Below, one piece after another: positions 40,715 through 52,825 of a DNA stretch of 64,000 bases. Within the stretch, counting starts at the first letter, position 1, and every line of letters begins with the position of its first letter. The position numbers and the translations under genes are program-made. Origin of the DNA: the human T2T-CHM13v2.0 reference genome, Homo sapiens; the NCBI GenBank assembly GCA_009914755.4, contig CP068257.2:8128001-8192000 (forward strand), written 5' to 3'. Under the pieces are notes generated by a model that was given only the letters and a program-made list of their open reading frames with translations, had not been told where the DNA came from and did not search any database.

Positions 40715-41484
40715 TCTTCACATAAAAACTAGACAGAAGATTTCTGAGAAACTTTTTTGTGATATGTGCATTCACCTCACAGAGTTTAACCATTCTTTTG
40801 ATTGAGCAGTTTGGTAAAAGTCTTGTTGTAGAATCTACAAAAGGATATTTGTGAGCACTTTGAAGCCTGAGGTGAAAAAGTAAATATCTTCACAGCAAAA
40901 CTAGAAAGATGGTGTCTGAGAAAGTGCTCTGTGATGTTTGAATTCATCTCACAGACTTCAACTTTTATATTGATTTAGCATATTGGAAACAGTCTTTTTG
41001 TAGAATCTCCAAAGGGATATTTTTGTACACTTGGAGGCCAATAGTGAGAAAGGAAATATCTTCACATGAATACTAGACAGAAGCTTTCTGAGAACTTCTG
41101 TTTTATGTGTGCATTCCTCTCAAACAGTTGAACCATTCTTTTGATTGAGCAGTTTGGAAACAGTCTTTTTGTAGAATCAGCAAAGGGATATTGTGAGCGC
41201 TTTGAGTCCTACGGGGAAAAAGGAAATATTTTCACATAAAAACTCTACAGAAGGTTTCTGAGAAACTGCTTTGTAATGTGTGCATTCATCTCACAGAGGT
41301 AAATGTTTCTTTTCATTGAGTAGATGGGAAACTCTTTTCTTGTAGAATCTGCAAAGGGATATTTGTGAGCACTTTGAGGCTTATGGTGAAAAAGGAAATA
41401 TCTTCATATAAAATGTAGACAGAAGCTTTCTGAGGAACATATTTGTGATTTATGCATTCATCTCATAGAGTTGAACCATTCTTA
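40715..41484 (+). repeat. Alpha satellite, divergent monomeric type, ~4.5 monomers of 171 bp in consensus orientation.
   Basis: The region begins tcttcacataaaaactagacagaagatttctgagaaacttttttgtgatatgtgcattcacctcacagagtttaaccattcttttgattgagcagtttgg. It shows the canonical alpha monomer landmarks, repeated with a ~171-bp period. Confidence 0.95.
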
Positions 41485-42670
41485 TTTTTTTTGGAGCTCT
41501 GGGTTTATTTTTTAATTATTTACTTTTATTATTATTATACTTTAAGTTTTAGGGAACATGTGTACAACGTGCAGGTTTGTTACATATGTATACATGTGCC
41601 ATGTTTGTGTGTTGCTCCCATGAACTCATCATTTAGCATTAGGTATACCTCCTAATGCTATCCCTCCCCCTCCCCCTCCTCCCACCCAACTACAATCCCT
41701 GGTGTGTGGTGTGTGATGTTTCCCTTCCTGTGTCCATGTGTTCTCTTCGATCAATTCCCAACTATGTGTGAGAACATGTGGTGTTTTATTTTTTGTCCTT
41801 GCGATAGTTCGCTGAGAATGATGGTTTCCAGCTTCATCCATGTCCCTACAAAGGACATGAACTCATCATTTTTTATGGCCACATAGTCTTCCATGATGTA
41901 TATGTGCCACATTCTCTTCATCCAGTCTACAGTGGTTGGACATTTACGTTGGTTCCAAGTCTTTGCTATTGTGAATAGTGCTGCTATAAACATACGTGTG
42001 CATGTGTCCTTATAGCAGCATGATTTATAGTCCTTTGGGTATATACCCAGTAATGGCATGGCTGGCTCAAGTGGTATTTCTAGTTCTGGATCCCTGAGGA
42101 ATCGCCATGCCGACTTCCACAATGGTTGAACTAGTTTACAGTCCCACCAACAGTGCAAAAGTGTTCCTATTTCTCACATCCTCTCCAGCACCTGTTGTTT
42201 CCTGACTTTTTAATGATCGCCATTCTAACTGGTGTGAGATGGTATCTCATTGTGGTTTTGACTTGCATTTCTCTGATGGCCAGTGAAGATGAGCATTTTT
42301 TCATTGTTCATTGGCAGCATAAATGTCTTCTTTTGAGAAATGTCTGTTCATATCCTTTGCCCACTTTTTGATGGGGTTGTTTGGTTTTTTTCCTGTAAAT
42401 TTGTCTGAGTTCATTGTAGATTCTGGATATTAACCCTGTGTCAGATGAGTAGGTTGCAAAATTTTTCTCCCATTCTATAGGATTCCTGTTCACTCTGATG
42501 GTGTTTTCTTTAGCTGGGCAGAACCTCCTTAGTTTAATGAGATCCCATTTGTCAATTGTGACTTTTGTTGCCATTGCTTTAGGTGTTTTAGACATGAAGA
42601 TCTTGCCCATGCCTATGTCCAGAATGCTATGGCCTAGGTTTTCTTCTAGAAATTTTATGTGATGCGTTAT
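41485..42670 (-). mobile_element. LINE-1 (L1PA-type) 3' end fragment, 5'-truncated to ~1.2 kb: poly-A tail, 3'UTR and the C-terminal part of ORF2.
   Basis: On the + strand a T8 run at 41,485-41,492 is followed by ggagctctgggtttattttttaattatttacttttattattattatactttaagttttagggaacatgtgtacaacgtgcaggtttgttacatatgtatacatgtgccatg...attaggtatacctcctaatgctatccctccccc. This is the reverse complement of the canonical L1 3'UTR end. The minus-strand ORFs 41751..42158 and 42308..42610 encode recognisable L1 ORF2 C-terminal peptide ([16 protein letters not shown]..., ...MFSHIVGN* and [27 protein letters not shown]...). Similarity to L1 fades at ~42,640-42,670. Confidence 0.9.
41751..42610 (-). pseudogene. 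L1 ORF2 C-terminal remnant. Only the 3' end of the gene is present and it is interrupted by a frameshift or stop between the two ORF pieces, so it is non-functional.
   Basis: Two separate minus-strand ORFs of 135 aa and 100 aa both align conceptually to the last ~300 residues of human L1 ORF2p. No 5' part, endonuclease domain or RT core is present. Confidence 0.85.
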
Positions 42671-45600
42671 TTTGATTAATGAGTTTGGATACTATGTTGT
42701 TGTAGAATCTGCAAGGAGATATTTGTGAGCGCTTTGAGGCCTTTGGTGAAAAAGGAAATACCTTCACATAATAAATAGACAGAAGTTCTCTGAGAAACCT
42801 CCCTGTCATGTGTGCATTCATCTCACATAGTTGAAACAGTCTTTTGACTGAACAGCTTGAAAACTGTCAATTTGTAGAATCTGCAATGGGATATTTGTGA
42901 GCCCTTTGAGGCCTATGGTGAGAAAGGAAATATCTTCAATAAAAACTATAAAGAATGTTTCTGAGAAGCTGTTTTGCAAGGTTTGCCCTCATCTCAGAGA
43001 GATAAAAGTATCTATTCTTTGATGAGTCTGGAAACTCTGTTCTTGTAAAATCTGCAAAGGGATATTTGTGAGTGGCTTGAGGCCTACGGTAAAAAAGGAA
43101 ATGTCTTCACATAAAAACTACACAGAAGATTTCAGAGAAACTTCTTTGTGATATATGCATTCATCTCACAGAGTTGAACCATTCTTTTGATTGAGAAGTT
43201 TGGAAACAGTCTTTTCAGAGAATCTGCAAAAGGATATTTTGAGCGCTTTGTTACGTATGGTGAAAAGGGAAATATCTTCACATAAAAAGTGGACAGAAGC
43301 TTTTGGAGAAACTTCTTTGTGATGTGTGCATTCATCTCACAGATTTGAACCTTTCTTTTGATTGAGCAGTTTGAAAAGAGTCCTTTTCTAGAATCTGCAG
43401 AGGGATATTTGTGAGCCCTTTATGGCCTAAGGAGAAATAGGAAATATCTTCACATAAAAACTAGACAGAAGCATTCTGAGAAACTTCTTGGTGACATGTG
43501 CATTTATAACACAGAGTTGATCCCTTCTTTTGATTAAACAGTTTGGTAACAGTCTTTTTGTAGTATCTGTAGAGGGATGTTTGTGAGCAGTTTGAGGCCT
43601 ATGGTGAACAAAGAAATATCTTCACATAAAAACTAGACAGAAGCTTTCTGAGAAACTTCTTTGTGATGTGTGAATTAATCTCAGAGTGTTGAACCTTTCT
43701 TTGGATGGAGCAGTTTGTAAACAATCTTTTTGTAGAATCTGCAAAGGTATATCTCTGAGCCCATTGAGGCCTATGGTGAAATATGAAATATCTTCCCATA
43801 AAAACTAGACAGAAGGTTTCTAAGAAACTTCTTTGTGATGTGTGCTTCCATCTCACAGAGTTGAACCTTTCTTTTGATTGAGCAGTTTGGAAACCACCTT
43901 TTTGTAGAATCTGCAAATGGATATTTAGAGCGCTTTGAGGCCTATGGTAAAAAAGGAAATATCATTACATAAAAATTCGACGGAAGCATTCTGAGAAACT
44001 TCTTTGTGAGGTTTTCATTCATCTCACACAGATGAACATTTATTTGATTGAAGATTTGACAACAGTATTTTTGTAAAATCTACAAAGGGATAATTGTGAA
44101 CCCTTTGAGGCCTATGGTGAAGTAGGAAATATCTTCACATAAAAACTACACAGAAACTTTCTGAGAAACTATTTTGTGATGCTTGCATTCATCTCACAAA
44201 GTTGAACCTTTCCTTTGCTAGAGCAGTTTGGAAACAGTCCTATTGTAGAATCCCCAAAGGGATATTTCTCAGCTGATTGAGGTCTTTGGTGATATAGGAA
44301 ATATCTTCACATAAAGCTAGACAGAAGCTTTCTGAGAAACTTATTTTTAATGAGTGCTTTCATCTCAAAGAGTTAAGCATTTCTTTTACTGAGCAGTTTG
44401 GAAACACTCTTTTTGCATAATCTGCAAATGGATAATTGGAGCGTTTCGAGGCCTATGGTGAAAAAGCAAATATCTTCACATAAAAACTAAACAGAAGCTT
44501 TCTGAGAAACTACTTTGTAATGCGTGCATTCATCTCACAGCGTTGAAATCTTCTTTTGATTGAACAGTTTGTAAACAGTCTTTTTGTAGAATCTACAAAT
44601 GGATATTTGGAGTGCTTTGAGGCCTATGGTAAAAAAGGAAATATCTTCACAAAAAAACTAGAAAGAAACATTCTGAGAAACTTCTTTGTGATATGTGCTT
44701 TCATCTCACAGAGATGAACCTTTCCTTTCATTGAGCAGCTTGGAAACAGACTTTTTATAGAATCTGGAAATGCATATTTGGAGCGCTTTGAGGCCTGCGG
44801 TGAAAAAGGAAATATCTTCAGATAAACACTAAACAGAATCTTTCTAAGAAACTTCTTTGTGATGCGTGCATTCATATCATAGAGCTGAAACTTTCTTTTG
44901 ATTTAGCAGTTTGTAAACAGTCTTTTGGTAGAATCTGTGAATGGCTATTTCGAGCGTGTTGAGGCCTATGGTGAAAAAGGAAATATCTTCACAAAAAAAC
45001 TACAAATATACATTCTGAGAAACTTCTTTGTGATGTGTGCTTTCACTTCACAGAGTTGAAACTTTCTTTTGATTGAGCTATTTGGAAACAGTCTTTTTGT
45101 GGAATCTGCAAATGGATATTTGGAGCACTTTGAGGCCTACGGTGAAAAAGGAAATACCTCACATGAACCCTAGACAGAAGTATTCTGAGAAACTTCTTTG
45201 TCTTGTGTCCATTCATCTCACAGAGTTGAACCTTTCTTTGGATTGAGCAGTTTGGAAACAGTCTTATTGTAGAATCTGCAAAAAATATTTTTGAGCCCTT
45301 TATGGCCCATGGTGAAACAGGAAATATTCTCAAAGAAAAACTAGACAGAAGCTTTCTGAGAAACTTCTTTGTGATGCGTGCTTTCAACACATGGAGTTGT
45401 ACCTTTCTTTTGATTGAGCAGTTTGGAAAGGGTCTTTTTGTGGAATCAGCAAATGGATGTTTGGAGCGCTTTGAGGCCTATGGTGAAAAAGTAAATACCT
45501 TCACATAAAAAACAGACAGAAGCATTGTGAGAAACATCTCTGTGATGTGTGCATTCATTTCATACAGTTGAATCTTTCTTTGATTGAGGAGTTTAGAAAC

Positions 45601-48600
45601 AGTCTTTTTGTGGAATCAGCAAATGGATGTTTGGAGCACTTTGAGGCTTATGGTGAAAAAGGAAATACCTTCACATAAAAAATAGACAGAAGGATTGTGA
45701 GAAACATCTATGTGATGTGTGCATTCATCTCATAGAGTTGAACCTTTCTTTGATTGAGCAGTTTGGAAACAGTCCTTTTGTAAAATCTGCAAAGGGGTAT
45801 TTCTGAGCCCATTGAAGCCTAGGGTGAAAAAGAAATGTCTTCACATAAAAATTAGATAGAAGCATTCTGATAAACTTTTTTGTGGTGTGTCCATTCATCT
45901 CGCAGAGTTGAAACTTTCTGTGGATTGAGCAGTTTGGAAACAGCCTTTTTGTAGAATTTACAAAAATATTTGTGAGCACTATATGGCCCATGGTGAAATA
46001 GGAAATACCTTCACACAAAAACTAGACAGAAGCTTTCTGAGAAACTACTTTGTGATGTTTGCTTCCGTGTCACAGGGTTGAAACTTTCTTTTGATTGAGC
46101 AGTTTGGAAACACTCTTTTTGTAGAATCTACAAATGGGTATTTGGAGTGCTTTGAGGCCTATAGTGAAAAAAGAAATATTTTCACCGAAAAACTAGATAG
46201 ATGTATTCTGCAAAACTTCTTTGTGATGTGTGCATTCATCTCATAGAGTTGAATCTTTCTTTGGATTCAGCAGTTTTCTAAACAGTCCTTTTGTAGAATC
46301 TGCAAACGGATAATTCTGAGCCCACTGAGTCCTATGCTGAAAAAGGAAATATCTTCACATAAAAACCTAAAAACTAGACAGAAGCATTCTGAGAAACCTC
46401 TTTCTGGTGTGTGCATTCATCTCACAGAGTTGAACCTTTCTTTAGTTTGAACAGTTTGGAAACAGTCTTTTTTTTGAATATGCAAATGGATATTTGTGAG
46501 CCCTTTACAGCCTATGGTGAAATAGGAAATATCTTCACATAAAAACCAGACAGTAGCATTCTGAGAAACTTCTTTGTGATGTGTGTATTCATCTCACAGA
46601 ATTGAACATTTCTTTGGATGCAGCAGTTTGGAAACAGTCTTTTTGTAGTATCTGCAGAGGGATATTCATGAGCAGTTTAAGGCCTATGGTTAAAAAGGAT
46701 ATATCTTCACAGAAAACCTCGACAGATCCATTGTGAGAAACTTCTTTTAGATGTGTGCATTCATCTCACAGAGTTGAACCTTTCTTTGGATTGAGCAGTT
46801 TTCTAAACAGACCTTTTGTAGAATCTACAAAGGGATACTTCTGAGCCCGTTGAGGCCTATGGTGAAAAAGGAAATATCTTCACATGAAATCTTAACAGAA
46901 GCTTTCTGAGAAACTTCTTTGTGATGTGTGCATTCATCTCACAGTGTTGAAACTTTCTTTTGATTGAGCAGTTTGGAAATAGTCTTTTTGTACAATCTGC
47001 AAAGGGATATTCCTGAGCCATTTGAGGCTATTGTGAGATAAATATCTTCATATAAAAACTAGACAAAAGCATTCTAAGAAACTTCTTTGTAATGTGTGCA
47101 TTCATCACACAGAGTTGAAACTTTCTTTCGATTGTGCAGTTTGGAGACAGTATTTTTGTATAATATGCAAAAGGATATTTTTGAGCCCTTTCAGGCCTAT
47201 GGTGAAATAGGGAATATCTTCACACACAAAAAAAAACTAGACAGAAGCTTTCTGAGAAAATTCTTTGTGATGTGTGCTTTCGTCTTACAGAGTTGAACTT
47301 TTCTTTTGATTGAACAGTTTGGAAACATTCTTTTTGTAGAATCTGAAGATGGATATTTGCAGCATTTCAGGCCTATGGTGAACAGGAAATGTCTTCACAT
47401 AAAAACTAGAGAGAAGCATTCTGAGAAAGTTCCTTGTGATGTGTGCATTCATGTCACAGAGTTGAAACTTTCCTTGGATTGAGCAGTTTGGAAAGAGTCC
47501 TTTTGTAGAATCTGCAAAAGGATGTTTGTGAGCACATTGGAGCCTATGGTGAAATGGGAAATGTCTTCACATAAAAACTAGACAGAAGTTTTCTGTAAAA
47601 CTTCTTTGTGCTGTGTGCTTTCACCACAAGGAGTTGAACCTCTCTTTTGATTGAGCAGTTTGGAAACACTCTTTTTGTAGAACTTGCAAACGGATATTTG
47701 TAGTGCTTTGAGGCCTATGGTGAAAAAGAAAATATCTGCATATAAAAACTAGTCGGAAACTTTCTGGGAAACTTTCTGAGAAACTTCTTTGTGATGTGTG
47801 CTTTCATCTCACAGAGTTGGATCTTGTTTTCATTGAGCAGTTTGGCAACAAGTCATTTTGTAGAATCTGAAAAGTGATATTTGTGAGTGGTTTGAGGCCT
47901 ATAGTGAAAAAGTAAATATCTTCACCTAAAACCTAGACAGAAGCATTTTGAGAAAACTCTTTGTGATGTTTGCATTCATCTCACTGAGTTGAACCTTTCT
48001 ATTCATTAAGCAGTGTGGAATCTTACTTTTTGTGCGATCTGCAAAGGAATATTTGTTTGCAGTTTGAGACCTATGGTGAAAAAGTAATATCTTCACATAA
48101 AAACTAGACAGTAGCATTCTGAGAAACTAATTTTTTTATGTGTGCATTGATCTCACAGAGTTGAACCTTTCTTTTGATGAGGCAGTTCAGAAACAGTTTT
48201 TTGTAGAATCTGAAAAGGGATATTTTTTATCTCTTTGAGGCCTAAGGTGAAATAGAAAATATCTTCACATAAAAACTAGACAGAAACTTTCTGAGAAACT
48301 TCTTTGTGATGTAGGCTTTCATCTCATAGATGTGAACCTTTATTTTGATTGAGCAGTTTGGAAAGAGTCTTTTGTAGTGTCTGAAGTGGGCTATTAGTGA
48401 GTGGACTGAGGCCTATGGTGAAAAAGGAAATGGCTTCTCAAAAAAAGTATACAGAAGCATTCTGAGAGACTTCTTTGTAATGTGCACATTCATCTTAAAG
48501 TGTTAAACATTTCTTTTGATTGAGCTTTTTGGAAACACTCTTTTTGTAGCATCTGCAAGTGTATACTTCTGAGCCCATTGAGACCTATTTTGAAATATGA

Positions 48601-51174
48601 AATATCTTCACATAAAAACTAGATAGAAGGTTTCTAAGAAACTCCTTGGTGAAGTGTGCTTTCATCTCACAGAGTTGAAACTTTCTTGTGATTAAGCAGT
48701 TTGAAAACACTCTTTTTGTAGATTCTGCAAGTGGATATTTGGAGCACTTTGAGACCCATGGTGAAAAAGGAAATATCTTCACATAAAAACTAAACAGAAG
48801 TTTTCTGAGAAACTTCTTTGTGATATGTGCATTCATCACACAGAGTTGAACCGTTCTTTTGATTGAGCAATTTGGAAAAAGTCTTTTTGTAGAATCTGCA
48901 AATGGATATTTGGAGCACTTTGAGGCCTATGGTGAAAAATGAAACTTCTTCATATAAAACAAGACAAAAGCATTCTGAGAAACTTCTTTGTGATGTGTGA
49001 CAAAGTTTAGCCTTTCTTTTCATCGAGCAGTTTGGAAGCAGTCTTTTTGGAGAATCTGCAAAGGGATATTTGTTAGTGGTTTGTGGCCTATGGTGAAAAA
49101 GGAAATACCTTCACATAAAAACCAGACAGAAGCTTTTTGAGAAACCTCTTTATGATGTTTGCATTCATTTCACAGAGTCGAATCTTCCTTTTCATTGAGC
49201 AGTTTGGAAACAGTCTTTTTCCACAATCTGTAAAGGGATATTTCTGAGTGATATTTCTGAATGAAGAAATATCTTCATATAAAAATTAGACAGAAGTATT
49301 CTGGGAAACTTCTTTGTGATGTGTGCATTCAAACCACAGAGTTGAAGCTTTCATTTCATTGAGTAGTTCAGAAATAGTCTTTTCATACAATCTGCAAAGG
49401 GATATTTCTGAGCCCTTTGAGGCCTATGGTGAAATAGGAAATATCTTTACATAAAAACTAGACAGAAGCTTTCTGAGGAACTTCTTTGTGATGCGTGCTT
49501 TCATCTCACAGAGTTCAACCTTTTTTTTTGATGGAGCAGTTTGGATACAGTCATTTTGTAGAATCTGCAAAGGGATATTTCTGAGTCCTTTGAGTCCTAT
49601 AGTGAAATAGGGATTATCTTCACATAATAACTAGACAGAAGCATTCTGAGAAACTTCCTTGTGATGTGCCCTTTCATTTCACAGAGTTGAACCTTTCCTT
49701 TGATTGAGCAGTTTGGAAACACTCTTTTTGTAGAACCTGTAAACAGATATTTGGAGCGCTTTGAGGCATAAGGTGAAAAAGGAAGAATCTGCACACAATA
49801 ACTAGATAGAAACTTTCTGAGAAACTTCTTCATGATGCGTGCTTTCATCTCACAGATTCAAACCTTTCTTTTCATTGAGTAGTTTAGGAACAAGTCATTT
49901 TGTAGAATCTGCAAAGTTATATTTGTGAGCTGTTTGAGGCCTATGGTGAAAAACAAAATATCTTCACATAAAAACCAGACAGAAGATTTTTGAGATAAAT
50001 CTTTGTGATGTTTGCATTCATCTCAAAGAGTTGAACTTTTCTGTTCATTGAGGAGTTTGGAAACTTTCTTTTTGTGCAAACTGCAAAGGAGTGTTTCTGA
50101 GTGGTTTGAGGCCTATGGTGAAAAAGAAATAACTTCACATAAAAACTAGACACAAGCATTCTGAGAAACTTCTTTTTTATCTGTGCATTCACCTCACAGA
50201 GTTGAACCTTTCTTTTCATTGAGCAGTTCAGAAACAGTCTTTTTGTAGAATCTGCAAAGGGATATTTGTGATCCCATTGAGGCCTACGGTGAAATAGGAA
50301 ATATCTTCACATAAATACTAGACAGAAGCTTTCTGAGAAACATCTTTGTGATGTGTGCTTTCATCCTACAGAGTTGAACCCTTCTGTTGATTGATCACTT
50401 TGGAAACAGTCTTTGGAAGAATCTACAAATGGATATTTGGAGAGCTTTGAGGCCTAGGTTTAAAAAGGAAATATATTCACATAAAAAGTAGAGGGAAGCA
50501 TTTTGAGAAACTTCTTTGTGATGTGTGCTTTCATTTCACAGAGTTGAATCATTATTTTGGCTGAGCATCTTGGAAACAGTCTTTTTGTACAATCTGCAAA
50601 GGGATATTTGTGAGCCCTTTATGGCCTGTGGTGAAATACGAAATATCTTCACATAAAAACTAGACAGAAGATTTCTGAGAAACTTCTTTGTGATGTGTGC
50701 CTTCATCTCACAGTGTTGAACATTTCTTTTGATTGATCAGTTTGGAAAGTTTTTTTGTAGAATCTGCAAATGGATATTTGGAGATATTTGAGGCCTGTGG
50801 TGAAAAAGGAAGTATCTTAACATAAAAACTAGACAGAAGATTTCTGGAAAACTTCTTTGTGATGTGTGAATTCATGTCACAGAGTTGAAGCTTTCTTCTG
50901 ATTGAGTAGTTTGGAAACAGTCTTTTTGTAGAATCTGCAAAGGGTTATTTATGAGCGGTTTGAGGCCTATGGTGAAAAAGGGAGTATCAGCAAATAAAAA
51001 CTAGACAGAAACTTTCTGAGAAACTTCTCTGTGATGTGTGCATTCATCTCGCAGAGTGGAAGTTTTCTTTGATTGAGCAGTTTGGAAACAGTCTTTTTGT
51101 AGAATCTGCAAAGGGATATATGTAGGTGGTTTGAGGTCTATAGTGAAAATGGAAATATCTTCACATAAAAACTA
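42671..51174 (+). repeat. Alpha satellite, divergent monomeric array of ~50 monomers in consensus orientation, with no HOR structure detected.
   Basis: It continues the monomer interrupted by the L1: ...aaccattctta[L1]ttattttgattaatgagtttgg. Monomers share the ttctgagaaacttctttgtgatgtgtgcattcatctcacagagttgaac...ggcctatggtgaaaaaggaaatatcttcacataaaaactagacag frame but differ pairwise by roughly 15-30%. ORF-track peptides from different monomers are not repeated. Small lesions are visible, for example a truncated monomer at ~49,241-49,270 and a 12-bp aaactttctg duplication at ~47,750. Confidence 0.9.
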
Positions 51175-52700
51175 ACTGCTCAATGGGAAGAAATTTTTAC
51201 TTCTGTGTGATAAATGCAAATGTCACAAAGGAGTTACTCAGAAAACTTCTTTCTGCTTTTAATGTGAAGATATTTCCTTTTTCACCATATGCCTCAATGT
51301 GCTCGCAGATATCCCTTTGCAGATTCTACAAAAATACTGTTTCCAAACTGCTCAATAAACAGAATGGTTCAACCCTGTGAGACGAATGTGCACATCACAA
51401 AGAAGTTTCTCAGAAAACTCCCTTCTCATTTTTATGTGAAGATATTTCCTTTTAGAACATAGGCCTAAATGCACTCCCAAATATACCTTTGCAGAATCTA
51501 CAAAAAGACTGTTTCCAAACTGCTCAATCAAAAGAAAGTTTCAACTCTGTTAGATGAATGCACACATCAGGAAGTACTTTCTCAGCAAGCTTCTCACAAG
51601 TTTTTATGTGAAGATATTTCCTTTTTCAAAGTGGGTCACAAAGCACTCAAAAAAATCCCTTTGCAGACTCTAGAATAACAGAGTTTACAAACTACTCAAT
51701 GAAAAGAAATGTTTACTTCTGTGAGATGAATACACATATCTTAAAACAGCTTCTCAGAATGCTTATTTCTAGTTTTTATGTGAAGATATTTCCTTTTTCA
51801 CCATAGGCTTCAACTTGCTCCTAAATATCCCTTTGCAGATTCTACAAAACGACTGTTTCCAAACTGCTCATTCCAAAGACAGGTTCAGCTCTTTGAGATG
51901 AATGCACACAACACAAAGAAGTTTCTCAGAATGCTTCTACCTAGTTTTTATGTGAAGATATTTCCTTTTCCAACAGAGGCCTTAAACTGTTCTCACATAT
52001 ACCTCTTCAGATACTACAAAAAGACTGTTTCCAGACTGCTCCATCAAAAGAAAAGTTCAACTCTGTGAGATAAATGGATACATCACAAAAAATTTTCTCA
52101 GAATACTTCTGTCTACATTTTATCTGAAGATATTCCTTTTTCACCATAGGCCTCTAACTTCGCAGAAATATTCCTTTGCAGATTTTACAAAAAGACTGTT
52201 TCCAAACTGCTCAATGAAAAGAAAGTTTCACCTCTGTGAGATGTATGCAGTCATCAAAAGGAAGTTTCTCAGAAAGCTTCTGTTTATATTTCATGTGAAG
52301 ATATGTCCTTTTTCACCATAGGCCTCAAAGTGCTTGAAGTATCATTTGCAGATTCTACAAAAAGACTGTTTCCAAACTGCTCAATCAAAAAAAAGGTTCA
52401 AACCTGTGAGATGAAAGCACACATCATTAAGAAGTTTCTCAGAATGCTTCTGTCTAGTTTTTATATGAAGATATTTCCTTTTCCACCATAGGCCTCAAAG
52501 TGCTCCAAATATCCACTTGAACACTCTATGAAACAGTTTTTCAAAACTGCTCAATAAAAGAAAGATTCAGCTCTGTGACATGAATGCACACAGCACAAAG
52601 AAGTTTCTCAGAATGCTTGTGTCTAGTTTTTATGTGAAGATGCTTCCTTTTCCACCAGAAGCCTCAAAGCACTTCAAATATACACTTGCAGATACTGCAA
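51175..52700 (-). repeat. Alpha satellite in inverted (minus) orientation. About 9 divergent monomers lie between the inversion breakpoint and the HOR array.
   Basis: From 51,175 the + strand reads ctgctcaatgggaagaaatttttacttctgtgtgataaatgcaaatgtcacaaaggagttactcagaaaac, the reverse complement of the canonical monomer. These monomers are not copies of the downstream HOR units, as I found on comparing 51.2-52.5 kb with 55.1-56.7 kb. Confidence 0.85.
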
Positions 52701-52825
52701 AAAGAGTGTTTCAAAACTGCTCAATCAATAGAAAGTTTGAAGTCTGTGAGATGAATGCACACATCACAAAGAAGTTTCTGAGAATGCTTCTGCCTTGTTT
52801 TTATGAGAAGATATTTCCTTTTTCA
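52701..52825 (-). repeat. Array-edge hybrid monomer at the start of the HOR array.
   Basis: 52,700-52,760 resembles the monomer at ~56,100-56,230 (caaaaagagtgtttcaaaactgctcaatcaatagaaagtttgaagtctgtgagatgaatgcacacatcacaaag). The sequence then runs directly into ccataggcctcaaagcactggtaatatcc, which in full HOR copies lies three monomers further on (56,741). Confidence 0.5.

Noticed and set aside
41452-41886. Plus-strand ORFs 41452..41655 and 41704..41886 overlapping the L1.
   Set aside because: They lie antisense to the L1 3'UTR and ORF2 end and are chance ORFs in AT-rich sequence.
51174-51176. Interpreting the strand switch as definitely biological.
   Set aside because: Satellite inversions are real and common in T2T assemblies, but a strand flip is also the classic signature of a chimeric or misjoined contig. 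I cannot distinguish these from sequence alone, so it is reported as a finding with that caveat.
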